Shown: one piece after another, positions 19,025 through 29,201 of the stretch
How positions within the stretch are numbered: the stretch's first letter is position 1
How the letters are laid out: the number at the start of each line of letters is the position of its first letter
Notes under the pieces: model-generated
Database searches by the model: none
The model's input: the letters and a program-made list of their open reading frames with translations, nothing else
Told to the model about the DNA's origin: nothing
NCBI GenBank assembly: GCA_026398415.1
Contig: JAPLSY010000087.1
Coordinates: 17,826-81,825 of the forward strand
DNA: 64,000 nt
Direction: 5' to 3'
Origin: Kiritimatiellota bacterium
GTDB lineage: Bacteria; Verrucomicrobiota; Kiritimatiellia; JAAZAB01
Made by a program: the position numbers and the translations under genes

Positions 19025-21308
19025 ATGCGGCCGCGGATGCTGCCAATCATTGTGGGCGCCGCCGGGTGGCGGGCGCTTGCCGCACCGGGACTATCCCTCC
19101 TGCTCACCGTGCCCCTTTTGGCCCAGACCATGAACCCGCGGTATTATAACCCCGGCACGCCTACGCTCACGGATATCTGGGTCGACCCACTTAACGGAAA
19201 CGACGGCCATTCCGGTGCGAACCGCAGTCAGGCCTTGCGCAGTCTGGAAGCCGCGTGGAACAGTATCCCCAACGACGCCACACTCACAACGACAGGCTAT
19301 CGCATCCAGTTGGTCGCAGGCATCTACACAGCCGACTTGATTCCGAATTACATGGAACGGCATTACGGCACGTATGCCTGCCCGGTAATCATTCAAGCTG
19401 TCGATGGCCAGGGCACGGCCACGCTGTTGCATGACCTGAATATCTTCGACTGCCACTATCTGTACCTTGTTGATTTTAACATTACCGCGGGGGCCAACAA
19501 CCTGATCCACGGCGAGGCCTGCACCAATCTACTGATGCACGGCCTGACCCTGCAGGGCGATACCAATGCAACGCAGGAAACCATCAAGATGAATCAGTGC
19601 CAGTATATTTACCTGGAAGACAGCGATGTCTCCGGCGCCTTTTGGATGGCCGTGGACTTCTTCGCCGTCCAACATGGCCACATTGTGGGCAACCGCCTGC
19701 ACAATGCCGACTGGGTCGCTTATCTCAAGGGCGGCTCGGCCTATTTCCGAATTGAAGCCAACGAGATCTATGACGGCGGCACAATCGGGTTCACGGCCGG
19801 CCAGGGCTCCGGTTTCGAATTTATGGCATCTCCGTGGCTACACTATGAAGCATCGGACATTAAATTCATTAATAACGTCGTCCACGACATCGACGGCGCC
19901 GGCATGGGTGTTAACGGCGGCTACAACATCCTCCTGGCGCATAACACCCTCTTCCGTGTCGGCCGTCGTTCACATGCGATAGAAGTCGTCTTCGGTGAAC
20001 GCAGTTGCGATGGCAACACAGGGCGCTGCGCCGAACTACTGGCCGCCGGCGGTTGGGGCACGGTGAACGCTGGCGTCTCTGAGCCGATCCCCAATTGCCA
20101 TGTCTATATCTACAACAACATCCTTTATAACCCCGCCGGCTACCGGAGCGCAGACAGCCACTTGGCGGTCTATGCCCCGCGTACTCCCTCCATCGGCTCA
20201 AACATCCCTTCCCCGGCGGAGACGGATACCGACCTGCGCTTTCGCGGTAACATCTTCTGGAACGGGCCGCCGGATCTTGCCCTGGGCATCGGTGACAGCG
20301 ACCAAGGCGGCCAGCCATCAAACCCCACCTGCAACCCAGCGCAATTCCTCGCGGATAACACCGTCAACAGCCTTGAACCACAACTCATAAATCCGACCGG
20401 CGCAGACTTCCGGCCGCTCATCGGCGGCAACGTATTTTCAACGGCGACGTATGCCATTCCGGATTTCACGGGAACAGATCGCCCGGCCCCGCCGGCGGAG
20501 CCGCAAGGCAATCTGCTCAACACCGTTGAGCGCGATTATTACGGCTATCCCCGTTTATCCTCCAGCCCGCCGGGCGCCTTTGCCCAAGCCAATACAAACA
20601 CAACGCCCAATGACTACGATGGCGACGGCAAGTCTGACCTGGCCGTGTACCGTAACGGCAATTGGGCCATCCAAACGATGGCGGGTAACGTTATCGCTTA
20701 CGGCTGGGGCGAGCCGGGCTGGATACCAGTGTCAGGGGATTATGACGGCGATGGCAAGTCCGACCTGGCCGTGTACCGTGACGGCAATTGGGCCATCCAA
20801 ACGATGACGGGTAGCGTTATCGCTGACAGCTGGGGCGAGCCGGGCTGGATACCAGTGTCAGGGGATTATGATGGCGACGGCAAGTCCGACCTGGCCGTGT
20901 ACCGTGACGGCAATTGGGCCATCTGTACGATGGTGGGTAGCATTATCGCTCGTGACTGGGGCGAGCCGGGCTGGATACCAGTGCCAGGGGATTATGATGG
21001 TGGGTAGCATTATCGCTCGTGACTGGGGCGAGCCGGGCTGGATACCAGTGCCAGGGGATTATGATGGCGACGGCAAGTCCGACCTGGCCGTGTACCGTGA
21101 CGGCAATTGGGCCATTCACACGATGGCGGGTAGCATTATCGCTGGCGGCTGGGGCGAGCCGGGCTGGACTCCCGTGTCAGGGGATTATGATGGCGACGGC
21201 AAGTTTGACCTGGCCGTGTACCGTGACGGCAATTGGGCCATCCAAACGATGGCGGGTAACATGATCGCTGACAGCTGGGGCGAGCCGGGCTGGACTCCCG
21301 TGCCGTAA
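19025..21308 (+). pseudogene. Beta-helix + FG-GAP repeat protein, frameshifted (first ORF stops at 21007; the rest continues in another frame to 21308)
   Basis: 'IWVDPLNGND', beta-helix body and DYDGDGKSDLAVY repeats. An exact 67-nt tandem duplication shifts the frame; this could be an assembly artefact. Confidence 0.7.
20612..21305 (+). repeat. 126-nt (42-aa) FG-GAP coding tandem repeat, about 5 units plus a 67-nt partial duplication
   Basis: Units start at 20612, 20738, 20864 and 20990 (126-nt period) and resume after the duplication. Confidence 0.95.
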
Positions 21309-21799
21309 CGCCTGAGTATGCGTGTCATTCTGGAAGCTAATATGCGCCGGTAAGTACAATGTTTGGCGGACAAGATTCTAGGTAAGGTCTCCAGTGATTT
21401 TCACCACGCCGGTTTAATTGTCGCTTGAACTACAGAATTATCTCCCCACGCCTGTCTGATCTGGCTGGCAACACCCTCCACAAAATATTTAAGAATGCCT
21501 AAATAACTCCAAAACGTTCCAAAGGCATTCCTATCACCCAAATTCGCCAAAAGGTTCAAAATTAAAGTCGGTTTGGTCGCCAACGCTGATAAAAATATTG
21601 GCCATCCAAGCCGTTCCGACATGTTTTATGCATGATTATTCTCGTCAAGCCATCGATAATCCAGTATTGACTTGAAGGTTCCCTTAAGCTTGGAAAACTA
21701 TGGCTTCAGAATACTAAAGCTTAAAAATTGATCGCAAAATGGCGCAGCCATCGCAAAACTTATTGCTAAATGGTCGCCCGCCTGAAAACAGAGGAAAGA

Positions 21800-22051
21800 T
21801 CAAAAATGCTTTTGAGCAAAGGCACGGCCGGAATGAGATTTGAGGTAGTTCTCAAAGTCAAGCGCCTGTTGCCTATCGGAGAATGCAATATATGTTTTGA
21901 TTTGCCAAGGGCGGAATTTGGCCGTGTGTGGACATTCTCCATCGTTGTGCTGACGAATGCGGTCAGTCACATTTTCCGTAAAACCGGTATAGTGCTTTCC
22001 GGGATGGGAAAGGCTTCCAAGCATATAAACGCAATAGAAGCGCGTTTCCAT
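21800..22051 (-). CDS. Small stand-alone GIY-YIG nuclease
   Basis: 'YCVYML...HYTGFTE...RIRQHNDG...T..RPW...A..FENYLKS.SGR' pattern. Confidence 0.92.
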   Translation of the reverse strand: METRFYCVYMLGSLSHPGKHYTGFTENVTDRIRQHNDGECPHTAKFRPWQIKTYIAFSDRQQALDFENYLKSHSGRAFAQKHF

Positions 22052-22070
22052 GATTGGCGTTTAGTCTGAC

Positions 22071-22247
22071 TCGGCTTCGTTACCAATATGACTTAGCCAA
22101 AACTGGCGTCCGGCTTCGTCTGGAGACCACGCCGTGACTGGCGTGCCAAGGCGTAGCTCGCAGACGGTTTATGAGTAAATAGCCCGGCTTCGTTAAGAAC
22201 TTCGCCGTGGCAGGCTTCGCTCTTGTTGACACTGCGAGCGAAGCCTG
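22071..22247. repeat. Cluster of short imperfect hairpin repeats between GIY-YIG and the tRNA
   Basis: Three units starting CGGCTTCGT (22071, 22110, 22184), the last two ending CGCCGTG. Also a 12-bp inverted repeat CAGGCTTCGCTC/GAGCGAAGCCTG abutting the tRNA 3' end. Confidence 0.7.
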
Positions 22248-22318
22248 GAGCGGAGGAGATTCGAACTCCCGACCCCCACGTTGCGAACGTGGTGCTCTAC
22301 CAACTGAGCTACCGCCCC
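22246..22318 (-). tRNA. tRNA-Ala(CGC)
   Basis: Full cloverleaf; anticodon loop TTCGCAA; G3:U70 Ala identity pair; TTCGAAT T-loop; CCA not encoded. Confidence 0.97.
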
Positions 22319-22463
22319 ATTTTGAAGAAGACACCAGAGGTCAGACGCCAGCCTGCCTACCATAGCGCTCGGGCAACGGCAGACGACAAGAGATCAGACA
22401 TCGAAAGTCGAGGTCAGGGAAAACCTCAACCATCGCAAGCCGAACAAGTTCACGCCAACAACT

Positions 22464-22598
22464 TTACGGCGCTGGTGATGGCGCCAGGCTGGATTGCTTG
22501 GCCATCTGCTTCATTTTTTTCTTCTGTTGTTTTTCCTGGATCGAAAGTTTCGGCTTGTTGTTACGACCGGTATTGCCTTTATCCATGCTTTTTCCCAT
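22464..22598 (-). CDS. Small basic hypothetical protein (44 aa)
   Basis: AAGGAGG RBS before ATG 22598; MGKSMDKGNTGRNNKPKLSIQEKQQKKKMK... Confidence 0.6.
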   Translation of the reverse strand: MGKSMDKGNTGRNNKPKLSIQEKQQKKKMKQMAKQSSLAPSPAP

Positions 22599-22683
22599 GA
22601 CGCGCCTCCTTATTTCAAGAATCTCCAAGGAACTTGCTTTTCTGACCGGCAATTATCCTCGCCGGGGTTCGTCTGTCAAAACA

Positions 22684-23610
22684 TTATTTTTGTTCGCTCG
22701 CTCCCGCATTAGGACCGCGGGAGGCGAAGAGATGACCGCTCACGGTAATCATCAAGCCGCCCAAAATGAGCGCACTGCCCAGTAGCATGAATCGGTTGAT
22801 GTGCTCGCCTAACACCAGGACGGCCAGCACAGAGGCCATCACAGGCTTGAGAAAAAACATCATTGAGGCCTGGAAAGCCGTGCCATGGCCAAGCCCGTAA
22901 TAATAGAGCCCGTAAGCCAGTGCGGTGCCCAGGAGCGCCACATACAGGGTCGGCGCCCAGGCGTTCGCCAAGCCGGCCAAGCCTTGGTGAGCCGTTACCA
23001 CCAACGCGAACGGCAGCACCATCAGACTGCCGAACAGCGCGGAAAAACCCGTGAGCACAAATACGCCATAGCGGATAATTACACGCCGGACGATACAGAC
23101 ACTGAGCGCAAACAACATGGCCGCCATCAGCATGAGACTGAGCGCCGCCAGGGATTGGCGCGTGAAGGCGCCCGATTCCCAGGCGAAACAGGCCACCCCC
23201 ACGATGCCGGTCACCATGGCCGCCCATTTCGGCACGCTCCAGGATTCGCGGTTGACAAACCGCGCAAAGAGCAGGACAAAAATCGGGTTGGCACTGAACA
23301 CCACGGCGCAGGAAGCCGCCTTTTCAAATACCAGGATTGCGGCATGGAACAGCACGAGCGCGAGCGCAAACCCAATGCCCCCATTGAGCGCAAACACGCC
23401 ATAATCGCGCGAACCCAGGGGTACCGACCGCTTGCGCAGAGCCGGCGCCGCCAGGGCCAGCAGGATGATCCCGGTCAGGAAAAAGCGGATGAAGACCATT
23501 TGCAGGGGATGAACCCGCGCCCCGACAAGCTTGCTGGCCACCTCAACCGTGCTGAACAAGCCTACACCGGCAAATAGCGCCAGAAACCCAATGACTTTTT
23601 CATGACGCAT
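22684..23610 (-). CDS. DMT/EamA family transporter
   Basis: About 10 TM helices with a duplicated EamA pattern, 'LKPVMASVLAVLVLGE'. Start moved to ATG 23610. Confidence 0.9.
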   Translation of the reverse strand: MRHEKVIGFLALFAGVGLFSTVEVASKLVGARVHPLQMVFIRFFLTGIILLALAAPALRKRSVPLGSRDYGVFALNGGIGFALALVLFHAAILVFEKAASCAVVFSANPIFVLLFARFVNRESWSVPKWAAMVTGIVGVACFAWESGAFTRQSLAALSLMLMAAMLFALSVCIVRRVIIRYGVFVLTGFSALFGSLMVLPFALVVTAHQGLAGLANAWAPTLYVALLGTALAYGLYYYGLGHGTAFQASMMFFLKPVMASVLAVLVLGEHINRFMLLGSALILGGLMITVSGHLFASRGPNAGASEQK

Positions 23611-23642
23611 AGCAGGAACCCGATTGGGAGGGAAGGCCGGAT

Positions 23643-23709
23643 GACAGACGACAGACAACGGACGACAGACCTTCCTTCGTCCAAGCGCTCCGGAGGGCAA
23701 GCGACAGAT
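23643..23709. repeat. Heptamer (GACAGAC-like) tandem tract interrupted by a mini-hairpin element
   Basis: GACAGAC GACAGAC AACGGAC GACAGAC, then CCTTCGTCCAAGCGCTCCGGAGGGCAAGC, then GACAGAT. Confidence 0.7.
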
Positions 23710-23768
23710 TTATCCCGCATTGTGCGCGGGAGGGCGGACGGCCGAAGACACGACAGAAAAGAGACCTA

Positions 23769-25175
23769 CTACGCTTGTGAAGGCGGCTTATAAGATTTCT
23801 CGATCTTGGCGGCCACATCCTTGTAGCCGATATCCACCTGGTAGATTTCTTTGTAATATTGATTCACCGCCGTCGCGATATCGCCCTGGGCTTCCAAGGT
23901 TTCACCCAACTGGTAGAAAATATCCTTCTTCAACTCGTCCATTTCGGTCAATTCGGCGGCGGCTTTCTCCAGTTGATCGCGCGCCATATCGAACTGCTGT
24001 TTCTGCTTGAAACACCGCGCCATGTAATACAGCGAACGCACCCGGTTGCGCGGATTGCGCTGGGCCATCTGGAACTGCTGGATGGCTTCGTTCAACATGT
24101 TGCGTTCGAACAGAAGCACACCATAATCATACCGCAGGGGCAAATCGTTGGGATACCGCTCGATGCGCGCCTCGGTGTTCTTGAACACAAACTCATTTTT
24201 GGCGGCTTCCTTGGTTTTCACCCCGGCCAAATCGCCGTTTTCACGGCACTGGGCAATCTCAAAATCGAATTGCTTCAATTGCACCGTCGCCAGCATCTGA
24301 TCAAGTTGCGGGTCCGCCGCACCGCCGAGGCGCTTGGCTTCATCAATCGTGTGCTTGGCGTCGTCAAACCGCGTCGCCTGCATATACAGATTAGCCAGGG
24401 CGCGGCGGTAATTGACGTTTTCAGGCTCGTGCTTAACGCGCCCTTCCAGGTCATGGATCAGCAATTCCGCACTTTTGCCGTCCTTAACCGCCATGGCTTC
24501 TTTCTCCAGCATGGACGCTTCCTTGACGTCCTTGATAACGCTCCGGTAGCCTCCCCCACCCTTGGCCGCCTCGTCCCAGCCGCCCTTGGCCATTGTTTCG
24601 CGGGCCATGGCATTCTTCAGCATCTGCATGGCCTCGCCATCGTGGGGCTTCAGGTTGACAACGGCCTCGAAACATTCCTTGGCATCCTGGGGCTGGTCCA
24701 TTTGCATATACAGGTTGCCCAGCCAAGCCAGGAACTCGGCATCCTGCTGAAAATATTCGCGCACCATGGCCAGCGTCAGGGCGGCCACTTCCGGCATCTC
24801 CGCCGCCTCGGCCATCTTGCACAGGAAACGGATAAAGGTCGGATTCAGGGGATCTTTGCGAATAAGTTCTTCGCCCAGGCGCAGGGCTTCTTGCGACTTC
24901 CCGGCGCGCATGGCCAGCCAGCCTTTGATCAATTGTGGCGCGGCGCTGATCGTGGTCATGACGCGTGCCGTTTGGCCGCTACCGGCTTCATTGAACTGCT
25001 TCAGGGCGGTCGCCCGCAGAAATTTCCGCGCCCGCAAAAAATGAGGTTCGATATCCAGCGCCGCCATGAACATATCCATTGCATAAGGCAGGTTGCCATG
25101 CTCCGTGGCCACCAGACCCTTGTCAAACAACTCACGTGCCCGCTTGGGCACATTGGCTTCAGATAGATCCGCCAT
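23769..25175 (-). CDS. Tetratricopeptide repeat protein
   Basis: Several TPR-type helical units, e.g. 'WLGNLYMQMDQPQDAKECFEAVVNLKP'. Confidence 0.88.
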   Translation of the reverse strand: MADLSEANVPKRARELFDKGLVATEHGNLPYAMDMFMAALDIEPHFLRARKFLRATALKQFNEAGSGQTARVMTTISAAPQLIKGWLAMRAGKSQEALRLGEELIRKDPLNPTFIRFLCKMAEAAEMPEVAALTLAMVREYFQQDAEFLAWLGNLYMQMDQPQDAKECFEAVVNLKPHDGEAMQMLKNAMARETMAKGGWDEAAKGGGGYRSVIKDVKEASMLEKEAMAVKDGKSAELLIHDLEGRVKHEPENVNYRRALANLYMQATRFDDAKHTIDEAKRLGGAADPQLDQMLATVQLKQFDFEIAQCRENGDLAGVKTKEAAKNEFVFKNTEARIERYPNDLPLRYDYGVLLFERNMLNEAIQQFQMAQRNPRNRVRSLYYMARCFKQKQQFDMARDQLEKAAAELTEMDELKKDIFYQLGETLEAQGDIATAVNQYYKEIYQVDIGYKDVAAKIEKSYKPPSQA

Positions 25176-25206
25176 GGAAAAAACTCCTGTTTTTTTCTAT
25201 TCTTTA

Positions 25207-25236
25207 AGATTACACTTACGCACTTGTGGATGTCAA
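25207..25236 (-). promoter_or_regulatory. Putative sigma70 promoter for the TPR gene
   Basis: TTGACA-N18-TAATCT on the minus strand. Confidence 0.45.
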
Positions 25237-25265
25237 TAGGCAATGAACACCAAAATCCATGTAAT

Positions 25266-26324
25266 ATGAACTTACCGTCTTATTACAGGTTGAAAAAATC
25301 TGCTGCCCACCGGGCATTCGATGCCAGCCGAGCATTCGGCGCCGGCCGAGCATTCGGCGCCGGCCTGCTTGTAGGCGTCTGGCTGGCTGCGGAGGCGGCT
25401 TCTGCGGCCAGTTTCATCATGGGCGATGCCGTCTCATTGTCCCAGTTATCCCATCGTTACAACTTCCTCGCATACACCGTCCAGGGCAAGAACCTCGAAC
25501 TGAGAACCAAGTTCAATACTTTCACCTTCGAAGGCGATACCCGTAAGGTAGAATTCAACAACATCCTCGTCTGGTTGAATGCGCCGGTCGCCCGGCATTG
25601 GGGCTCATGGACCATTCGGGACCTGGATGTGGATAAAACCATTTTACCGCTGATCCATCCCTCTCAGGCGCTCAAATCGGAAAGCTGGCGTCTGGTGATC
25701 CTGGATCCGGGCCATGGCGGCCAAGACCCCGGTGCCTCAGATCTGCGCCGAAATCTGGAAGAAAAACGCATTACCCTGGAACTGGCCCAGCACGTCCGAA
25801 CCATCCTGCAGAAATACAATGTGGACGCGCGCCTGACGCGCGGCAGCGACCAAACCACCGATCTGGACCAGCGGTGCCTTTTGGCCAACCGATTTGGAGC
25901 CGACTTGTTCGTCAGCATTCACTTGAATGCAGCGGCAAATTCGGAATCTTCCGGCATCCAGACCCACATCCTGCCACCGGCAGGCTGTCCCATCACTGAG
26001 AGCGCTTTTGTCAGCTCCCGTGACCGCGTGGCGTTTCCCGGCAACCGTCACGACGAAGCCAATATGGTCCTGGGCTATTACCTCCAAAAAAGTCTGATCA
26101 AGTACACCCGCTTGGAAGATCGCGGCGTACGGCGCTCCCGGTTCTACGTGATCCGCAATGTGGCTTGCCCAGCCGCCTTGGTGGAATGCGGGTTTATATC
26201 GAGCCGCAACGACAGGACCAAAATAATGACTTCGGCCTATCGGGATAATGTTGTCCGGGGCATTACCGAAGGCATCCTGACCTACCTCAATATGGTTAAA
26301 CGCGCCCAGGCGCTTAATCCCTGA
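25266..26324 (+). CDS. N-acetylmuramoyl-L-alanine amidase (Amidase_3)
   Basis: LDPGHGGQDPGA, EK..L.LA, FVSIHLNA and LVECGF motifs. Start uncertain. Confidence 0.93.
   Translation: MNLPSYYRLKKSAAHRAFDASRAFGAGRAFGAGLLVGVWLAAEAASAASFIMGDAVSLSQLSHRYNFLAYTVQGKNLELRTKFNTFTFEGDTRKVEFNNILVWLNAPVARHWGSWTIRDLDVDKTILPLIHPSQALKSESWRLVILDPGHGGQDPGASDLRRNLEEKRITLELAQHVRTILQKYNVDARLTRGSDQTTDLDQRCLLANRFGADLFVSIHLNAAANSESSGIQTHILPPAGCPITESAFVSSRDRVAFPGNRHDEANMVLGYYLQKSLIKYTRLEDRGVRRSRFYVIRNVACPAALVECGFISSRNDRTKIMTSAYRDNVVRGITEGILTYLNMVKRAQALNP
25311..25364 (+). repeat. 3 x 18-nt tandem repeat (RAFDAS/RAFGAG/RAFGAG) in the amidase N-terminal region
   Basis: CGAGCATTCGGCGCCGGC twice, exact, plus one degenerate copy. 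Confidence 0.85.
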
Positions 26325-26419
26325 GGAACCCCCGTGCGCGTCCCGTGTGGGAATCCGCTTGCTTCCTGACCCTGATATTCTCATAATGCCATTTTGCTTG
26401 GCAAAATTTAAAGGCACCA

Positions 26420-27571
26420 ATGAAAGTTCCTTTGCTTGATTTGAAGGCCCAATATGCGCCGCTTCGCGAGGAAATCCGCGCGGCCATGGACGAGGTGTGC
26501 GACGCCCAGCAGTTCATTCTCGGCACACGGGTCCAGGCATTTGAGGCGCATGTGGCCGCTTACTGCGGCGTGCCATATGCCGTCGGCCTATCCTCCGGCA
26601 CCGACGCCCTGTTGGCGGCGCTCATGGCCCTAGATATCGGACCAGGTGACGCCGTTGTCACGTCCCCCTTCACTTTTTTTGCCACGCTCGGCTCCATTGT
26701 GCGGCTGGGCGCTTTTCCGCTCATGGCCGATATTGATCCGCTGACGTTCAACCTGAGCCCGGCCGGCGTGCGCGTCTTGCTGGAGAACCCGCCGCACCGC
26801 TTGAAGAAACACCTCCCCAAGGTACTTCTGCCGGTGCACCTGTTCGGCCAGTGCGCCGATATGGACCCGCTTTTGGACCTGGCGCGGCAACACGGCCTGC
26901 ATGTTGTCGAGGACGCGGCCCAGGCCATCGGCGCGGAGTATCCCGCGCGCACCGGCATCTGTAAGGCGGGCACACTGGGGGACATCGGCTGTTTCAGCTT
27001 CTTTCCTTCCAAAAACCTGGGCGGCTTCGGCGACGGCGGCATGGCCGTAACTCGCGCCGCGACGCTGGATACGGCCCTGCGCACCATTCGCGTGCATGGA
27101 TCGACAGAACAATACCGACACGAGCGGCTGAGCGGCAATTTCCGCTTGGACGCCCTGCAGGCCGCCGTGCTGGACGTCAAATTGAAACACCTTGAAAACT
27201 GGCATGCGGCGCGGCGTGCGCACGCCGAATTATACGACCGCGCTTTCCGAGGCTCAGCGGTACAGACCCCACGGGCAGCCTACGCAGACCACACCCTGAC
27301 GAATCATCACATTTACAACCAATACGTGATCCGCGTGCCGGAGCGCGACCGGGTGCATGCGGCTTTGCAAAAGGCCGGCATCGGCTGTGCCATTTACTAT
27401 CCCGTGCCCATGCACCTGCAACCCTGTTTCCGCGACCTGGGTTACCGCTCCGGCGATTTCCCGGAAAGCGAGCAAGCCGCCAGTGAAGTTTTGGCCTTGC
27501 CCATTTACCCGGAATTAACGGAAGCCATGCAACAGGCCGTTGTGGATGAAGTGCTGAAGGCCGTAGGCTGA
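26420..27571 (+). CDS. DegT/DnrJ/EryC1/StrS family aminotransferase
   Basis: SSGTDAL, VEDAAQAIG and SFFPSKNLGGFGDGG motifs. Confidence 0.95.
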   Translation: MKVPLLDLKAQYAPLREEIRAAMDEVCDAQQFILGTRVQAFEAHVAAYCGVPYAVGLSSGTDALLAALMALDIGPGDAVVTSPFTFFATLGSIVRLGAFPLMADIDPLTFNLSPAGVRVLLENPPHRLKKHLPKVLLPVHLFGQCADMDPLLDLARQHGLHVVEDAAQAIGAEYPARTGICKAGTLGDIGCFSFFPSKNLGGFGDGGMAVTRAATLDTALRTIRVHGSTEQYRHERLSGNFRLDALQAAVLDVKLKHLENWHAARRAHAELYDRAFRGSAVQTPRAAYADHTLTNHHIYNQYVIRVPERDRVHAALQKAGIGCAIYYPVPMHLQPCFRDLGYRSGDFPESEQAASEVLALPIYPELTEAMQQAVVDEVLKAVG

Positions 27572-27585
27572 ACCCCATCTTCCCA

Positions 27586-28305
27586 ATGAAACCAACGCAC
27601 CAAAACCAGGTTCCGCGGCATGTAGCCATCATCATGGACGGCAATGGGCGCTGGGCAAAACAGCACGGGGTGCCCCGTCTGAAGGGCCACGAGGAAGGCA
27701 CTCAATCGGTGGAAGCCGTCCTGCGCGCGTGCAAGCGCTCCGACATCCAGTACCTTACGCTGTACGCGTTCAGCACCGAAAACTGGGTGCGCCCGCCCTC
27801 GGAAATCAAAGGCCTGATGCAAATCCTGGCACAGTTCCTTAAAACCCGCGAGACCGATATGCTCCAGGAAAAAATCCGGTTGCGCGCCATCGGACGCCTG
27901 GATGACCTGCCCCGTCCGGTACGGAACGAACTCCAGCGCGTCATGAAGGCCACGGAACATTTTACCCAGCGCCAGCTGATCCTGGCCTTGAGTTATGGCG
28001 GTCGGGATGAAATCACCCAGGCCGTCCGCGCCATTGCCCGGCGTGTCCAGGACGGCAAGTTGGCTGTCCGGGATATTGACGAGGCCCTGGTTGCCCGGCA
28101 CCTGTTCGCGCCCGATGTTCCGGACCCCGACTTGCTGATCCGAACCAGTGGCGAGATGCGGCTCAGCAATTTCATGTTATGGCAGGCGTCCTATACCGAA
28201 CTTTATATCACGGAAACGCTCTGGCCCGATTTCCGTGAAGACGCTTTCGCCGAGGCCTTGGCGGTTTACGCCCGCCGACAGCGGCGCTTCGGTCAGGTCA
28301 GTTAA
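27586..28305 (+). CDS. uppS: Undecaprenyl diphosphate synthase
   Basis: HVAIIMDGNGRWA, YAFSTENW and RTSGEMRLSNF motifs. Confidence 0.97.
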   Translation: MKPTHQNQVPRHVAIIMDGNGRWAKQHGVPRLKGHEEGTQSVEAVLRACKRSDIQYLTLYAFSTENWVRPPSEIKGLMQILAQFLKTRETDMLQEKIRLRAIGRLDDLPRPVRNELQRVMKATEHFTQRQLILALSYGGRDEITQAVRAIARRVQDGKLAVRDIDEALVARHLFAPDVPDPDLLIRTSGEMRLSNFMLWQASYTELYITETLWPDFREDAFAEALAVYARRQRRFGQVS

Positions 28306-28322
28306 ACTGTCAAGGAATCAGC

Positions 28323-29201
28323 ATGACCGTATTGAACAAACGCATCGCGAGCGGACTGTGCCTCGGAGCGGCCTTCCTGCTGGTCGCCAACTGGGCGCCA
28401 TCCATCACCGTCTGCGCACTGCTTTGTGCCATAGTGACCATTGCGGTGCTGGAATTCTACCAATTGCTCGATGCCATGGTAATCCCCAATTTTCGGATCA
28501 TGGGCGTTGTCGCCAGTATCCTGCTGATCGCCGGGACCTGGCTCTCGTTCACCTTAAAAACAACGGCACTGACCGGCGAGCACGAGTTGATCATTTTGTT
28601 CGTCACCATCATTGCAATTCTCATCCGGCAGTTTCCGCAGAAAAACAACGACCAGCCCCTGGCCACCATGGCCTGCACGCTGTTCGGTATTCTGTACGTG
28701 CCGTTCCTGTTCAATTACTTCACCAAGCTGGCCTTTTCCTGGGAATGCCCCTCCTGGCTGAACCCCATCGGGCCAACGGGCCGATGGCTGGTGTTCTATC
28801 TGATCGCGGTCATTAAGAGCACGGATATCGGCGCCTTCGTCATCGGCAGTCGGCTGGGGCGGCACAAACTGATTCCGCGCATTTCACCGGGTAAAACCTG
28901 GGAAGGATTTTTCGGCGGCGTGGCAGTCGGGTTGCTGGTCAGCCTTGGCGTATACTTCCTGGCTGGCGGACATTTCGGCGTTATCACCATGAGTATTTAC
29001 GACGCTATTATCCTTGGCATTCTTTTACCAGTTCTGGGCACGGTGGGCGACTTGACCGAATCCATGCTCAAGCGCGCCGCAAACAGCAAGGATGCCGGTC
29101 ATCTCTTGCCCGGCATGGGCGGCGCACTGGATGTGCTGGATAGTCTCCTGTTCGGCGCACCGGCACTGTACATGTATATCAAAATTTTGCTGGCGTTTTA
29201 A
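28323..29201 (+). CDS. cdsA: Phosphatidate cytidylyltransferase
   Basis: ISPGKTWEG, GDLTESMLKR and LPGMGGALD motifs; synteny. Confidence 0.95.
   Translation: MTVLNKRIASGLCLGAAFLLVANWAPSITVCALLCAIVTIAVLEFYQLLDAMVIPNFRIMGVVASILLIAGTWLSFTLKTTALTGEHELIILFVTIIAILIRQFPQKNNDQPLATMACTLFGILYVPFLFNYFTKLAFSWECPSWLNPIGPTGRWLVFYLIAVIKSTDIGAFVIGSRLGRHKLIPRISPGKTWEGFFGGVAVGLLVSLGVYFLAGGHFGVITMSIYDAIILGILLPVLGTVGDLTESMLKRAANSKDAGHLLPGMGGALDVLDSLLFGAPALYMYIKILLAF

Noticed and set aside
20612-21305. FG-GAP repeats as a DGR template/variable region or CRISPR
   Set aside because: Differences between units are not clearly adenine-restricted, there is no reverse transcriptase in the window, and the units are ordinary 42-aa coding repeats.
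21401-21622. 73-aa minus-strand ORF in an AT-rich stretch
   Set aside because: No RBS or recognisable motif; possibly decayed sequence.
11816-22246. Genomic island integrated at tRNA-Ala
   Set aside because: No integrase, and I could not find a second copy of the tRNA 3' end by eye. The region is probably accessory, but boundaries are unsupported.
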